Assembly (NCBI RefSeq): GCF_009914755.1 | Contig: NC_060947.1 | Direction: 5' to 3' (one strand) | Source of the DNA: the human T2T-CHM13v2.0 reference genome, Homo sapiens | Length of the DNA: 64,000 nt | Part shown: positions 1-13,784 of the stretch, piece after piece | Layout of the letters: each line of letters begins with the position of its first letter | Position numbering within the stretch: position 1 is the stretch's first letter | The notes under the pieces: generated by a model | What the model was told of the DNA's origin: nothing | Databases searched by the model: none | The model's input: only the letters and a program-made list of their open reading frames with translations | Made by a program: the position numbers and the translations under genes

Positions 1-175
1 TATCTGGGTAATGAGATCAATTATACCCCAAACCTCAGCATCATGCAATATACCTGTGTACCAACCCTGCACATGAACTCTCTGCATCTAAAATAAAAGT
101 TGAAAGTTTTAAAAATAATAAAATAAAAAATAAAAATTTGACTAAAGAAAAAAATAGAATAAGAAAAATAATAAA
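1..175 (+). mobile_element. 3' end and A-rich tail of an older L1 (L1PA13-L1PB/L1MA type), continuing from before the window
   Basis: accccaaacctcagcatcatgcaatatacctgtgta...ctgcacatgaactctctgcatctaaaataaaagttgaa followed by an A-rich tail resembles an L1 3' UTR end. Confidence 0.75.
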
Positions 176-218
176 TTTTAGGATGTAGGAAAATGTGTTT
201 TAGTTTATATGTGCAGAG

Positions 219-250
219 TTGTGTGTGTGTTTGTGGGTGTGTGTGTGTGT
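219..250. repeat. (GT)n microsatellite, interrupted
   Basis: ttgtgtgtgtgtttgtgggtgtgtgtgtgtgt. Confidence 0.85.
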
Positions 251-1105
251 ATCAAGACAAAAACTTTTGATTAATTTATTACTAGCCTAGTTTTTCTCAA
301 AAAGCTAGCATTTTGGGATCTCAATAACTGTTACATAATAAAAGGGGTTTCTTTTGATAAATCAAGTTTGGATATTTTATTCTTAACAATATTTGACACA
401 ATCTGTTCACTTCTGAAGGTAGAATTAGCCATTCGTGACATGAATTTTCATGACATCTTTAATGTACTGCTAAGGCATCATTTGTATGCTATTCCTACCC
501 TATGATGTGAGCAGCCTGAGGCAAAAATGTTTGTGTTTCCAGAACCTCATGTCCTACAAGTAAGAAACAAATGCGTCTCTATAACTATTTCTTGAATATA
601 TGAGCATTGTCATATAGGAAGACTTTCCATTGCTGTGTGATTTCAGAAGATGGCATAATTATTAACATACTGATTGACTAGCTACCCACATCTCATGTCC
701 ACTCCTGAAAGAAACATTTTTCTTTTATGGAAATAGGTTTAGAAATTATGAAACGTGTACAGCTCTGGTGATGTGTAAGACCAGTGTGATATTTCCTGTT
801 TGTTTCTGGAATATAATTTGACCAGTCACTTATCTTCTAAATGTCCTTGCTATGAGAATTCAGTGCTGCCATTCCATATAAAAAGATACTATGTTTCACA
901 TATTTCCATTCCCGATCTTTCCCTTCTTTCTAACATATATCTTTTGAGTTGCAGAATGAAAGCACATGGATTTTTTTAAACTGTAGTTTATTCTGATTCT
1001 AAGGATATTTTGTGAATGATAGGAAAAAATAAAAGAAGAATGTTTTGTGGTTATCGGAATTTTGTTGCAATCAATTAAAAATAATTATTTCTTCATTTAT
1101 TCCAG

Positions 1106-1183
1106 TGTCATTTTGGTGGAATCCTCAACATTTGTCTCTTCGCCAACGAAGTTAACTGAATCCAGGCAATACCCGAAACATGA
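1106..1183 (+). CDS. CFAP47: CFAP47 internal coding exon A (78 nt, phase 2-2): VILVESSTFVSSPTKLTESRQYPKH
   Basis: Acceptor ttcatttattccag|, donor ATGA|gtaagt, open frame. The terminal GA joins the T of the exon at 10377 to give Asp in frame. Confidence 0.8.
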
Positions 1184-1734
1184 GTAAGTGTCTATATTTT
1201 GTACTCATAAGTATCTGAGAAAAAGTTTTGAGAAATAAGTAGTCAAGGAAACTAGTTATATAATTACACAATAGTTTACATTTATTCAAAATGTTTAATT
1301 TACCTAATTCACACTCATATCCAAATATATATTTATATGTTACTAGATTCATGTGCATAAAAATTGAATAAATCTGAACTTGATTAAATATAGTAGATTT
1401 TCATTATTTGTGGTAGTTATGTTCTATAAAATTTCTGCACATATTATGTTTGTGAATACTGAACCATTATTCCAAGAAGAAACACATATAATCATACAGA
1501 TTACAATAGTAAACTCTAAAAATAACCTGTCATGGAAGACTCTATTTTCTTTTTTTTTTTACAAAATGAAAACAAAGTTCAGAAGTATCAGATGGCTTTC
1601 CTGACACTGCCCCAATAAAAGGCATCAGAGAAGGTATTCAAACCCTGTCCACTAGGCCTGAGTGTCTTGCATTACTCTGCACTGCCCACTATTGTCTCTA
1701 CCTCTTGTCATCTCTATACTTTTATAAGGATTGA

Positions 1735-1930
1735 AATAAGAAGGCCCCTTGTCACCTTGTTTGACCTCAGCTGCGAATTGGTGCAACCGGTGATGAGAAC
1801 TTTTCACCACTCTGTGCACGTCCTTTAACACCATGAACGCACCATGAGTATTGATTTTGGGGTTGCAAATACATTTTAGGAAGTAGGTGGATTTGCAAAT
1901 ATGGAATTCATGGATAATGAGGATTGACAG
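1735..1930 (-). mobile_element. TcMar-Tigger-type DNA transposon fragment (MER82-like)
   Basis: gtattgattttggggttgcaaatacatttt...gcaaatatggaattcatggataatgaggattgac resembles a CpG-decayed terminus of this family. Name from recall. Confidence 0.5.
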
Positions 1931-4574
1931 GATTTAAATTTATTCTACCTACTTTATGAGGGCTATATTTAGTTTATAAAGAAATTTGCTGAATAATGAA
2001 ACAGGATTTTTAAAAAAATTGTTTTATGTTGCTCCTCTGTTTTACACTATAGAATCACTATATAAAGTTAAGTACAATTAAAAACAATGTTATCAAGGTT
2101 AAAGAAAGTTAAGTAGAGAGAAAATAATGTAGATGTCTATTAATGAAATGCATGCCTATGTTGACCATTACTACTATGTTTTTAGTTTATTTCACACCCT
2201 TGTTTGTCTTTGTATAGTGCTTGACAGCATCAATATCATCCTTTTAGATCCAAAAATGTATCAAGGGGCAAGAATTTGACAATTTAGATGACAGGAATTC
2301 CCAGTGTCATTAGAAACCGTTAAAGTGCTTGTACAGATCTTGCTAAGATTAAAATGAGTATAGTTTTTATTTTTTCAAAAGTGACTTGTATTTAACTTAA
2401 CACTTTTGGGAGATTATATGAGTTGCATCTATTATGAGATGTTTGATTCCTTCAATGGTTATTCTGTGAGAAAAGTTATTAAAGAAGAAACCATTTTTGT
2501 CTCACTGAATTTATTTTATTGAACGCCAATGTCATGCTTACCTAGGGCTTTTGAAGTCTTCTTTCACATTTTGCTTTAGTGAACAATAAAATATGAATTG
2601 ATGTATTGAGCTATAAGGTAGCATTAAAGATACCAAAAGAATAAGAGGATTGCAGGTATTTTATGTTAATTTCTTTGTAGATGTGAAATTCAAGTTTTAC
2701 TGAAGTATTGCTAAAAACACTTCTGTAAACAGTTCTCCTAGATTTTTATCTTTTCAGCCCCTTGATTCTTCTTGATTAAGTGGCTGCTTTGTGATTGTAG
2801 ATTTTGCCTGAATGGACTTCAAATAACTTCTTCACTTTAATTGTGTAAAATTTATAGTATATGGTAAATTAGAGTCAGATCTTGAAGTAACACTGTAGGT
2901 ATCTGTGAGTATAAATAACTCAAAATTGAATCAGTGTAATGAACAGAAAAATTGAGTATACTTTCAGGATTTAGAATACAAAATATGATTTCTGCATCTC
3001 AAATTTATCATGTTTTTCTTTATATAATACTCTGGAATGGGTTTGATTAGATCCAGAGTTCTGGGATTGTTGAAGCCATGGAATCTAAAGCTGCAAGTAA
3101 GGTTATCTTTTTTGTGGTAGTGCTCCCCAAATCAAAAAGAAAATAGAGCAAACAATTATAAAAGCATTTACAATTTAATTTTTCCAGGAAAGGAAACCTT
3201 GGAAGTACTCATCCCAAATAATTACCAATTCAGCATGAAATATAGCTTAAGAAGTGTGCCTGCCATGGTCCCAAGCATTATTGATCATTCTTTCTAATTA
3301 GTGTCATACATTTTATTTATAATGCTATACTTCCTTAGTTCTTCTCTCAAGCCTTTCTGTGATGAAAAACAAAACAAAACAACAGCCAAGAAAAACTTAA
3401 AGATGCTGAGACATTGAGTGTTGGGTCAGAGAGAACATTGATCCCAAATAGAGCAGTCAGGCTCATGCAGATTAACTCTGCAAGAATAACTCAGAGCCAT
3501 ACATTTAAAATACTACGGATTTACTCATGTGTACCCCTGTGAAGACTGTCTCCTAAATCAAAGGCAAGGGCAATTCTTATAAAGGCAAAAGCCACAAAGT
3601 TTCTTAAGGAAGAGGGCTTGTCAATTAATGCAAGCTCTTGGTTTATCATTTAGGGACTAGCATGAGATGATGGCTGAGGCCCAAGTCCGTATGTTGAATT
3701 GAGATAAAGTAGTCTTAATTTCATGCAAAAGGTTGTTTTTCTGACAGTTCTAAAGAGAAGAAGTTACTATGGCTCCTTCATCTGGAATTCTGCCTGCTTC
3801 CTGTATAACACCTCCAGACTCTAGATCATGTAGCACGAAAATCTGTATTCAGTTTCTGAGGGATTGATTAAACTATCCAGAGCTCCGACAATCAAATCCA
3901 CTTCTTAGGCAATGGAAAGGAAGATGCACAAGGATAAGAGTGTGCCTTTTTCTTTTAGGGAAGTTTGCCAGAAATACCACACAGCACTTCTGTTTGTAGC
4001 CCATTGGCCAGATTTTAATTAAATGACAAAACCTAGCTGGAGGAAAGACTGGAAAACCTCCTTTCTCCATACACATCTAAATAAAATTAGGGTTTTGTCG
4101 GTGAGGAGAAAAGGAAAATGATTATTGGGGTAATTAACCAAGTCTCCACCATGAAGGGACACAAAGACTTTTATCCGCAAGTAGCACAAAACGATCTAAT
4201 ATTTCATCAATCTGGCTTCTTTGGCATAATGAGGCATTTCTATCTTTAAATATGTCTTAATAAAATAATACTTAGTAACGTTACACGTTACTTTTAAAAG
4301 CTTTTTATTGTTTATCTTGAAGAGATTTCCATATACAAACTGAAATTTAATAACATGTATTTTAAATCATGACCAGAATGAAAGTCAATAGCAGTGCCTC
4401 TATGATTAATTTTCTTATGCAATCCACCATATAATAATCATTATATTGTCTCAATAAAATCCTAGTATAATCTCTATGTTTAACCAGCATGGTAGCAAGT
4501 AAAACAAGAAAATGTTTTTAAAAAAACTCCATAAATAAACTGGATTTTTTAAAGAGGTTTTCTCAAATGTTCCT

Positions 4575-5235
<661 letters not shown>

Positions 5236-6408
5236 TTAACTGATACTCCTCCTCAGATTCACATCAGCTAATATCTCTCCAAATAATACATTTTCTCTTC
5301 TTAAGTGAGTAGTAAAGTATGAAATAGTAAGCATTGTTAAACTGGCTTTAAAATAATGATAGACTCGTCTACTTAAAAAGCCTCCATGAGCTGCTCTTTG
5401 TAAGCAATCAGATACATATATTATAAAATAACCCATTTGGAACCACATGAATGATAAAACTTTATATTCATCACACATTTTATGTTGTGGGGACATGATC
5501 CATGAGCATAATTAGAGCATTTAGTAAGTTCTTATTCTAATGAAACCCAAAGGAATTATCAGGAACGTATCAGTGTAGACAACTGATTTTAGCCAAACCT
5601 TGAAATTAATGAATGGAACAGCTGGGCTCAGAAATGAGTACTTTGGCAATTATTTCTAATGGTTATAAGACCTGCTGTGTTTTTTTTCCAGCAATATTGA
5701 GTTATTTAATCATTCAACATATTCTTATTAAGTGGCAACTCAGGCACTGGAAAAACATAAAGATAAATAAGTCACATATCTGGCCCTCGAGGAACCAATC
5801 ATCAAGCAGAAAACAAAAATCCCTACCAGTGGAGGAAGTTTTACAGTGAAGAAAGTATTTGTTAGTATTAGATGAAAGTATTAGATGACAAAAATACTCT
5901 ATGATCTGATTGCTTAAGAATATTACTATCTAGATGTTATGGAGAATTTCATGGAAGAGAAGACATTTTAAAAAAAGTATTTTGGTATTTTCTCTTATTA
6001 TAAACAAATTGTGACCTGAAATATGAGTAAGATCTTGATGGCCAGAATCTAGAGAAGGAGGAGAACTTTCTTATGAGCATAGGAACATGGGTGGAGGGAA
6101 TTCCAGAAGCAATGGGTAGGGGCATGCAAGGGGAAATAAAAGACATACAAACTGCAGGGCCAATATAGAAGCATAGGAATTAATGTTGAGAAGGTAACAA
6201 AGTGTTTATCATTCTGCTTTGAAAGTATTTCTCACAAACCTATGTTTTATTGTAGACTGTATGCTCCATGAGCTTAGGGGCTTCATCATTAATCTCTATG
6301 TCTCAGAAGAGCTTGGTTCAGAATTGCAACCAAAAATGAAAGAAGGCCCTGATAGAGATAATTTTCTGGGTCTTGATTTTTGTTAAAAAAATAAATAAAT
6401 AAATAAAA

Positions 6409-6709
<301 letters not shown>

Positions 6710-6792
6710 AGCTGGATTCTGGAGACTCATGATTTTAAAATATTTCTTTTTACTATGCTGAATAATTAGGAACAATTAGAATTAGGCAAGGG

Positions 6793-7180
6793 TCTTAGTC
6801 TGTTAGGGTGCTATAAAAAAATACTATCGATTGAGGGGCTTAAACAACAAATATTTATTTTGCACAGTTCTGGAGGCTGGGAGGCTGGTGAGTCCAAGAT
6901 AAAGGCACTGGCAGGTTCGGTGTCTGGTAAGGGCCAAATTCCTGGTTCATAGAAGACAGTCTTCTTGCTGCATCCTCCCATGGCAGAAGGGGTGAGGGAG
7001 CTTTCTGGAGTCTTTTTTATAAGGGCACTTATCTCATCCATGAAGACTCCACTTTTCTGACCTTTGAGAGGTCTTCACCTCTCAAAGACCCCACCTCTTA
7101 ATACCATGAAACTGGGGATTAGATTTCAACAAATGAATTGAGGGGGTCAGGGCAGGGGAAGCACATTCAGTCTATAGTAG
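6793..7180 (-). mobile_element. MaLR solo LTR (MLT1A-type)
   Basis: tcttagtctgttagggtgctataa...ggcttaaacaacaaatatttattttgcacagttctggaggctggg...acattcagtctatag. Confidence 0.8.
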
Positions 7181-7368
7181 CTAGTCTCTAAAGAAAGCAG
7201 AGTGAATTGAAGGCCAAGTATGGTAGTTATCTTCCATGATCCTATTCTTCTAGATTAGGATTTCTTAACTTTTGAAAATGTTATCAGGCTCTTTGGTTCT
7301 CATGAAGGCAATTGCACTTTGAAGAATAGCGTTTTCTAAACACATAAGATAAGATGTAAGGATTAAGA

Positions 7369-7765
7369 CTATCTTAGTCTGCATGGGCTGCCATAACAAA
7401 ATACTATGGACTGGATGGTTTAAATAACACAAATTTATTTCTCATGGTTTTGGAGGCTGGGAAGTCCATTATCTGGGTGCTGCAAGATAGATTTTATTCT
7501 GTGTCCTCTTCTGGTGGCTTGTAGATGGCTGCCATCTTATTATGTGCTCATATGACCTCTTCTACATGTGAGAATGGGCAAAGAGAGAGAGCTCTCATGT
7601 ATCTCTATTTATAAGAACACTAATTCTATTGGATCAAGGCCATTGTGATCTCAGTAAAGCTTAATTACCCCCTTATATTTCTCATTTCCAAATACGGTCA
7701 CATTGGTGGTTAGGATTTTAACATATAAATTTGGGGGTGAAGGGCACCATGCAGTCCATGGCACA
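7369..7765 (-). mobile_element. MaLR solo LTR (MLT1A/B-type), tandem to the previous one
   Basis: tcttagtctgcatgggctgccataacaaaatactatggactggatggtttaaataacac...cagtccatggca. Confidence 0.8.
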
Positions 7766-10376
7766 AAGGAAATGAATATTACAATAGATTATCAAAATAT
7801 TTTAAGAGTGTAATATAATAAAATATATACTTGTTTATTAATAGACATAATGGTGAAGTTAATGCCTACTATACTTTAAAAGCAGTGATGAACATAAATA
7901 ATATCTTAAGATATGAACTGAGATGTAGTATAAACGTATCTGTGATTATTTGGTGACCAAATCATAGATATGCTTAATACTACTGTGGTTTGATTTAAAT
8001 TGTTGTTAAGTTAGTGGAAGTCAAGCTGAAATTTTTTCCCCATTGACATTTGTAGATCAGCTCTGCCCTTCTATCTTAGGACTCCTTGCTTTAGACACTT
8101 CTCAACTGCTCAGGGGTCAAGGTGGTGCAAAAAACAGCAAATATTTCATTTTTACTTGCCTCTAGATATCCACTGGGCCTTTTATTGAGAAACACCTATG
8201 TATATCAAGATAGAATGAATCTAAAACTTAATGCTCTCTAGTTTTCATGATGCATGTGGCATTCAAAGGGCATGATGCATCAAAACTAGACTTGAACCAG
8301 ACATTTTGCTATTTGGTTGAGATACAGCCTTGAATGTCTGTCCTGAATTAACTTCATGAAGGCTTATGATAAACATCTCCCTAACCCTTTTGGTAGAGGT
8401 TTGAGTAGGAAATCACTTTTTGGGTTGATTTAGTCATACCCTTAAGCGAATCAATCCAATGCCATTTTTATCATTTTAGCTTGAAAAGTGATGCATACCA
8501 CTACTGCAGAGGAAAAAGAAATATTACCCCTTCACACCTCAAAAGTAGTTTCCACTCCCTGACTCTGGGCCACTACTGGGTTAGCAGGAAATATTTCACT
8601 GGTTGTTCTACAGTATTTTTTTTTTTTATAATTTTAGCCTCTTTTGATTCTATTTTTTCCCTAAGGTTAAAGACTTACTGTTCTTTTAATTCAACAATAG
8701 TTTATGAGCATTTAGAAAGTGGTAGTGTGGACTGAGGTGCAAGGATTAACAGAAAGGTAAATAAAGTTATTTTCCATTCTGTCTTTGGGACCCCGAAGTT
8801 TTGTAAAAATGTTAGATTTATCACTGGCTTTCTAGACTCAGAAACATTCATCAGGTAAAATAGAATTTTTCCAGTCAAATTATTTCATCAAATTATTTTC
8901 TGATGTCTTTTGTAATCATGATAACCATTGGATTCATTAGCAAGTCAAAACAAATATCTAGGTCTGCAATGTGTTCTGTCTAGCTTAAACAGTCAATGAA
9001 TTGTTCTGGGTTTGAGAGTCTCTTTTTGGGGATGAGGCAACTCTGATTTCTTCAAAAGGTACTTTCCTTACTTGTTTCCAACAAAATAGGTAAAGACAAG
9101 GAAAAAGATATGAAGCCCAAATTGGTCTGCTTTTCTACTCACTATAATAAACATGATTGAACTAGAGATTACAAGGATTGAACAAAATGAGGTTTGGAAA
9201 TTATCTGTATATTTTAATCAGGCTTTCTACCCAGAGTTCCAATATCAAAGAAATAGCAATGGAGCCAAATATGGAGAAATAATAAGCAGTCTTTGTTATT
9301 CTTTCTATTCTGTATGGTCTCCCTTATAAATGCTAAGATATCCATTTATTGTGTCTATAGCAGTGGTAAAATGTTTATCAAATGTGCAAATTATGTAAAA
9401 TAATAAATGTTTTTTTAAAAAGGTATTACCTTTTTTTAAAAAAGATATAATTTATAGTGCTAACCAGAATACCTGTGAGTATAATTAAGCCACAGAATAA
9501 CTGTAAGAAGTGGTAAGTAACCTCATTACAAATGTGGTGTAAAGAAAATACAGTACAGTGTTACTCATCAAAATCAAATGGTGAAAAGGAATGGATAACT
9601 TTAGAATAACTTTACATGTAAAGAGTCAAAATATTTTACAGCATCAAATTCAGGGAAAAGCAGATGTCAAAGTGAGCAAATGTGGGGTTTTGTGTTCTCA
9701 GAAAAAAATCACGTAATCAATATCTCTAAACCAAAATAGTAATTGACAGCTTATTGAGCAAAATAATCATGAATATTACAAGAAGAGTGATATGGGTGAA
9801 ATTGATGGGTTCTGGAAGACCTGGAACCTTTCAAGGGAGGCAGTTGCTTCAGGCTGTGATCTACTAGTTTGTTTTTAGAAATGCAATCAGAAATTAATCA
9901 AATTCCGAAGTCTTCTTATACCTTTCTAAGAAACAAGCAAATGTGGAGATAATAAACTTAGAGAAGGAAATTTTATCAAGAAAGCAATTTCTAGAACCAC
10001 TTTTGGAAAAAGTACCTATTTAGTCCTAAATTGAGATCATCCACGTTTTGAGTCTTTGGATTAGGGTTTCTATTATTATCAAATTTGTACTTCTCTATAG
10101 CACTGTATTTTAAAGTGAAAATAATTATTTTATCAATTTTTTTGAAAAGAGTGGTGGAAATATGGACGTTTGTTAGTTTTCTTTTTGTATTTTTATGTTT
10201 TTTAATTTCTAAAACAATGTGAACATCAAATAATATTTGAAATATGTCTATGGTCTTTTCATATCATTTGTACTTAGCCATAACTTTCAAGGCTCTATAT
10301 GATTTAACTAATATGAAGAATTGTTTTTGAGTTTTGTTTGTGTTGTTGATGTTGTTTTCCTATTTTCTTGTGTCAG

Positions 10377-10447
10377 TGATGATATGAGTAGCAGTGGGAG
10401 TGACACTGATCAGGGCTGTTCCGATTCCCCAAATGTCTTACATACCT
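10377..10447 (+). CDS. CFAP47: CFAP47 coding exon B (71 nt, phase 2-1): DDMSSSGSDTDQGCSDSPNVLHT
   Basis: Long T-rich tract with tgtcag| acceptor and ACCT|gtgagt donor. Phase matches both neighbours. Confidence 0.85.
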
Positions 10448-10884
10448 GTGAGTACCTAAATAAAAGTTTTTATTTGTTTTCATGTCTGATTTTTATATGC
10501 AAAGCATAATATGAAATGAGATATTCAACAGGGATGGTTACAAGAATAGACAGAGTAGTAAGCCCTGGGGATTGCTGGCTGATTTGAGGCTGAAGCATAG
10601 GTCCTGAGTCTTTTCCCTTGATGACCCTTTGGACAACTCTGCACACATCTCTCCTTTCACTGCCAGTCTACTTCCCTCCAATGTACAAATAATGTGTTTA
10701 GATATATGGCCTATATGTCTCTTCTGGCTTATTCCAAATTGTTTAAACTTATTTTGGGGACAGGTATCACCAAGTTTAGAGTTGTAAGGGGAGCATTTTA
10801 TTTCATAAAATTACTTTATGAAATAACTATAGGTCTAGAAAAGATGGATATAATGATCGGTAGAACAAATGGACATAGGAATGT

Positions 10885-11378
10885 TCTGGTTATCTAGAGC
10901 TGTAGAACAAACCACCCCAAATATACTGGCATAAAACAACACAAATTAATAATAATGGTTATCTCTCATACATCTGGGGTGACTGGGCTTAGCTGTGTGA
11001 CTCTAGCTCGCGGTCAAATGGAGGCTGGGGCTTGAGTCCTTTCAAAGTCTTCTTCACTCACATGTCTGGCTGTTAATGCTGCCTTTTGTTTGGGACATCT
11101 GCTGGGGCTCTTGGCCTGAACACTTATTCATGGCTTCTCTATGTGGCCCAGGCTTCTTTATGGGATCTCGTTAAGTTCTAAAGTGAGGTGAACCAAAAAA
11201 GAAAGAGTTGGCAGAATTCAGTTACATTATTTGATCTAGTGTCAAAAATCACACTGCTTCACTTTTGCTGCATTCTAGCATACAATTTGTAAGGATCAAG
11301 TCACTAAGGCTGGCCCACTACATCATCATATTTAAGGCAATATCAGATAATGTGTGGACATGTTTTAAAACTGCTAGA
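10885..11378 (-). mobile_element. MaLR LTR (MLT1F/G-like)
   Basis: gctgtagaacaaaccaccccaaaatatactggcataaaacaac...ttcttcactcacatgtctggc...gtggacatgttttaaaactgc. Confidence 0.6.
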
Positions 11379-11807
11379 TAGATAAATGGAGCTCTATGGC
11401 ACAATAAGTTAGTGTGCCATACTTAGATAGATAAACATATAGATAATACATCCTTTGTTTCCAGTTTAAGTTATCCATTGTACCCTGTGAAACATTGCAT
11501 AGTCCACACAAATTTGAAGATTCTTGGATGACCACTTTGTTTCACATATCCTGGCTAATTTTACACATTAGTGAAATTCTTCGTAATGAAATTATGTATT
11601 AAGGAATCTTTATAGAGGGTCATAATTAAGCATTGTTTCATAACAAGGTTGATCTAGGGTCACTGTATTTTCATTAACAAATGTACATATCATCTTCTAA
11701 TCTTACATGCTAATGTTATGAACATTTTTTGATACCAAAACTTTAATCACTAAATGAACAGCACTTACAAAATTATATGTCAACAAGCTCTGTTTATGTT
11801 TTGCTAG

Positions 11808-11953
11808 CAATTAAGTCCACTTTTATCAGAGAGTTCTTCTGCTCCATGCATACTGTTCACCTGGGAGTGAAAGGAACTTCAAGCCTAGAGCTCCGCTTTC
11901 TTCCCTTTAACATGCACGTGCGCTACTGTGTCATCATCTTGAGCAACAAAAAG
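11808..11953 (+). CDS. CFAP47: CFAP47 coding exon C (146 nt, phase 1-0): IKSTFIREFFCSMHTVHLGVKGTSSLELRFLPFNMHVRYCVIILSNKK
   Basis: ttttgctag| acceptor, AAG|gtgaga donor, frame continuous. Overlaps ORF 11777-11971. Confidence 0.88.
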
Positions 11954-12191
11954 GTGAGAACAGAATTGTGATCTGTGTGTTTACACGAGCTGTCACTTTA
12001 ATGGAGTAACGAACAGCAGGTGACTTGAAGGCAACTGAAGACTCTAGAAATGTGGATGATTTCAGCTCTCAAGTTACTAAGCAAAGAGCTTATCCTCAAG
12101 AATATCCACAGTTACACTAGTTGTGGGTAAATTTTATAATAGCTGCATAAAGCAGTCCCATGGGAGCAGAGTGACCTTTTTGTGGCTCTAT

Positions 12192-12478
12192 TTGTATTAG
12201 TTATCCATAGCTTTGTAACAAATTATCACACACCAGGTGGCTTAAAACAAGACATGCTTATTATCTCACAGTTACTGTATGTCACAGGTCCAGATATGAC
12301 CTAGATAGATATTCCGACGACAGTCTATCAAGTCTCCATTCAAGGGATTGACCAGAGCTGGATTCTCTTCAGAGGTTCAACTGAGGAAGGATCTGCTTCC
12401 AAACTCCCTCAACTTGTTGGCAAAATTCATTTCCTTATGTCTCTGGGATCCATGCCACCTACACTTTCAAAACTAGCA
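12192..12478 (-). mobile_element. MaLR LTR fragment (MLT1C/D/E-like)
   Basis: tgtattagttatccatagctttgtaacaaattatcacacaccaggtggcttaaaacaag...gaaggatctgcttccaaactccctc. Confidence 0.6.
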
Positions 12479-12480
12479 AG

Positions 12481-12580
12481 GGAGAGAGACAGAGAGAGTT
12501 AGAGAGGGGGAGAGAGACAGAGAGGGTTAGAGAGGGGGAGAGACACAGATGTGAGAGAGAAAGAGAGAGAGAGTTAGAGC
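12481..12580. repeat. GA-rich repeat with a 28-bp unit (about 2.5 copies)
   Basis: ggagagagacagagagagttagagaggg at 12481-12508 and 12509-12536 (one mismatch), then a degenerate continuation. Confidence 0.85.
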
Positions 12581-13445
12581 CACCACTGAGGGAAGGTTTA
12601 TAGCATTACCTGCTTCCAGAGAGACACTGCCATGTGTTGACCTTAGGAAGAAATTTATAACCCCCAGGATGTAGTCCCAAATTTATCATCAGTTATATGT
12701 ACACTAAATTGAATACATATACAGTGAAAAATGGTAATTGGAAAGAGGTATTGTACTTACCTGGTGTCTATGGCAGTATTTACATGTGAAAAATAATATA
12801 CCTATTAGAAATGTAAAATATAGTTTAATTTTACACTTAAAATTACCACTTAGAAGGAAAAAAATGCCTTTTTATAGTAATGCTGAAACTTGTTTGTTAA
12901 ATTCTTTTAAAGGAGATCAGGATTTAAGTAAATTCCTGCATATATAAAATTTGTGAAATGTAATAACTATATTGTGACCAGTAGTTTGATCAAATACTTT
13001 ACAGTCACTTTTGTATATTAATTTGTAATATGACCCAACAAAATACTAGAGTTAATTCTCAATAGCATAGTAACAAGGTTGATTTTATTCTTTGACTTAG
13101 TATATTGGAATATTAATATTAGCTTACACAAATTTAATATAATTAATCAAAATATAATTAACATGTTATCTCAATTTACTAAAAACTAAATCTTGCTTAC
13201 GTATGTTTTGTCCTTGTCAGAGAAAACATTAAAATAAAACAACAATCTTGAAATTATACTGCTATCAATTGAGAAACAATGCCCTCAGTACAAAGTATTG
13301 CATTGAATTAATGTTTCTTACATGAAGAAGATCTATTGTTTTACACGTTGCTAATTATATTAAAAATATAATAGTTAATCAAACATGCAAGCTCACCTAG
13401 TTAGCTACTGTTCTTTTTAAACGGGCCGTAACTGCTTTACCATTA

Positions 13446-13784
<339 letters not shown>

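Noticed and set aside
3405-4150. Possible old LTR-like sequence
   Set aside because: Too diverged to assign a family or boundaries by eye.
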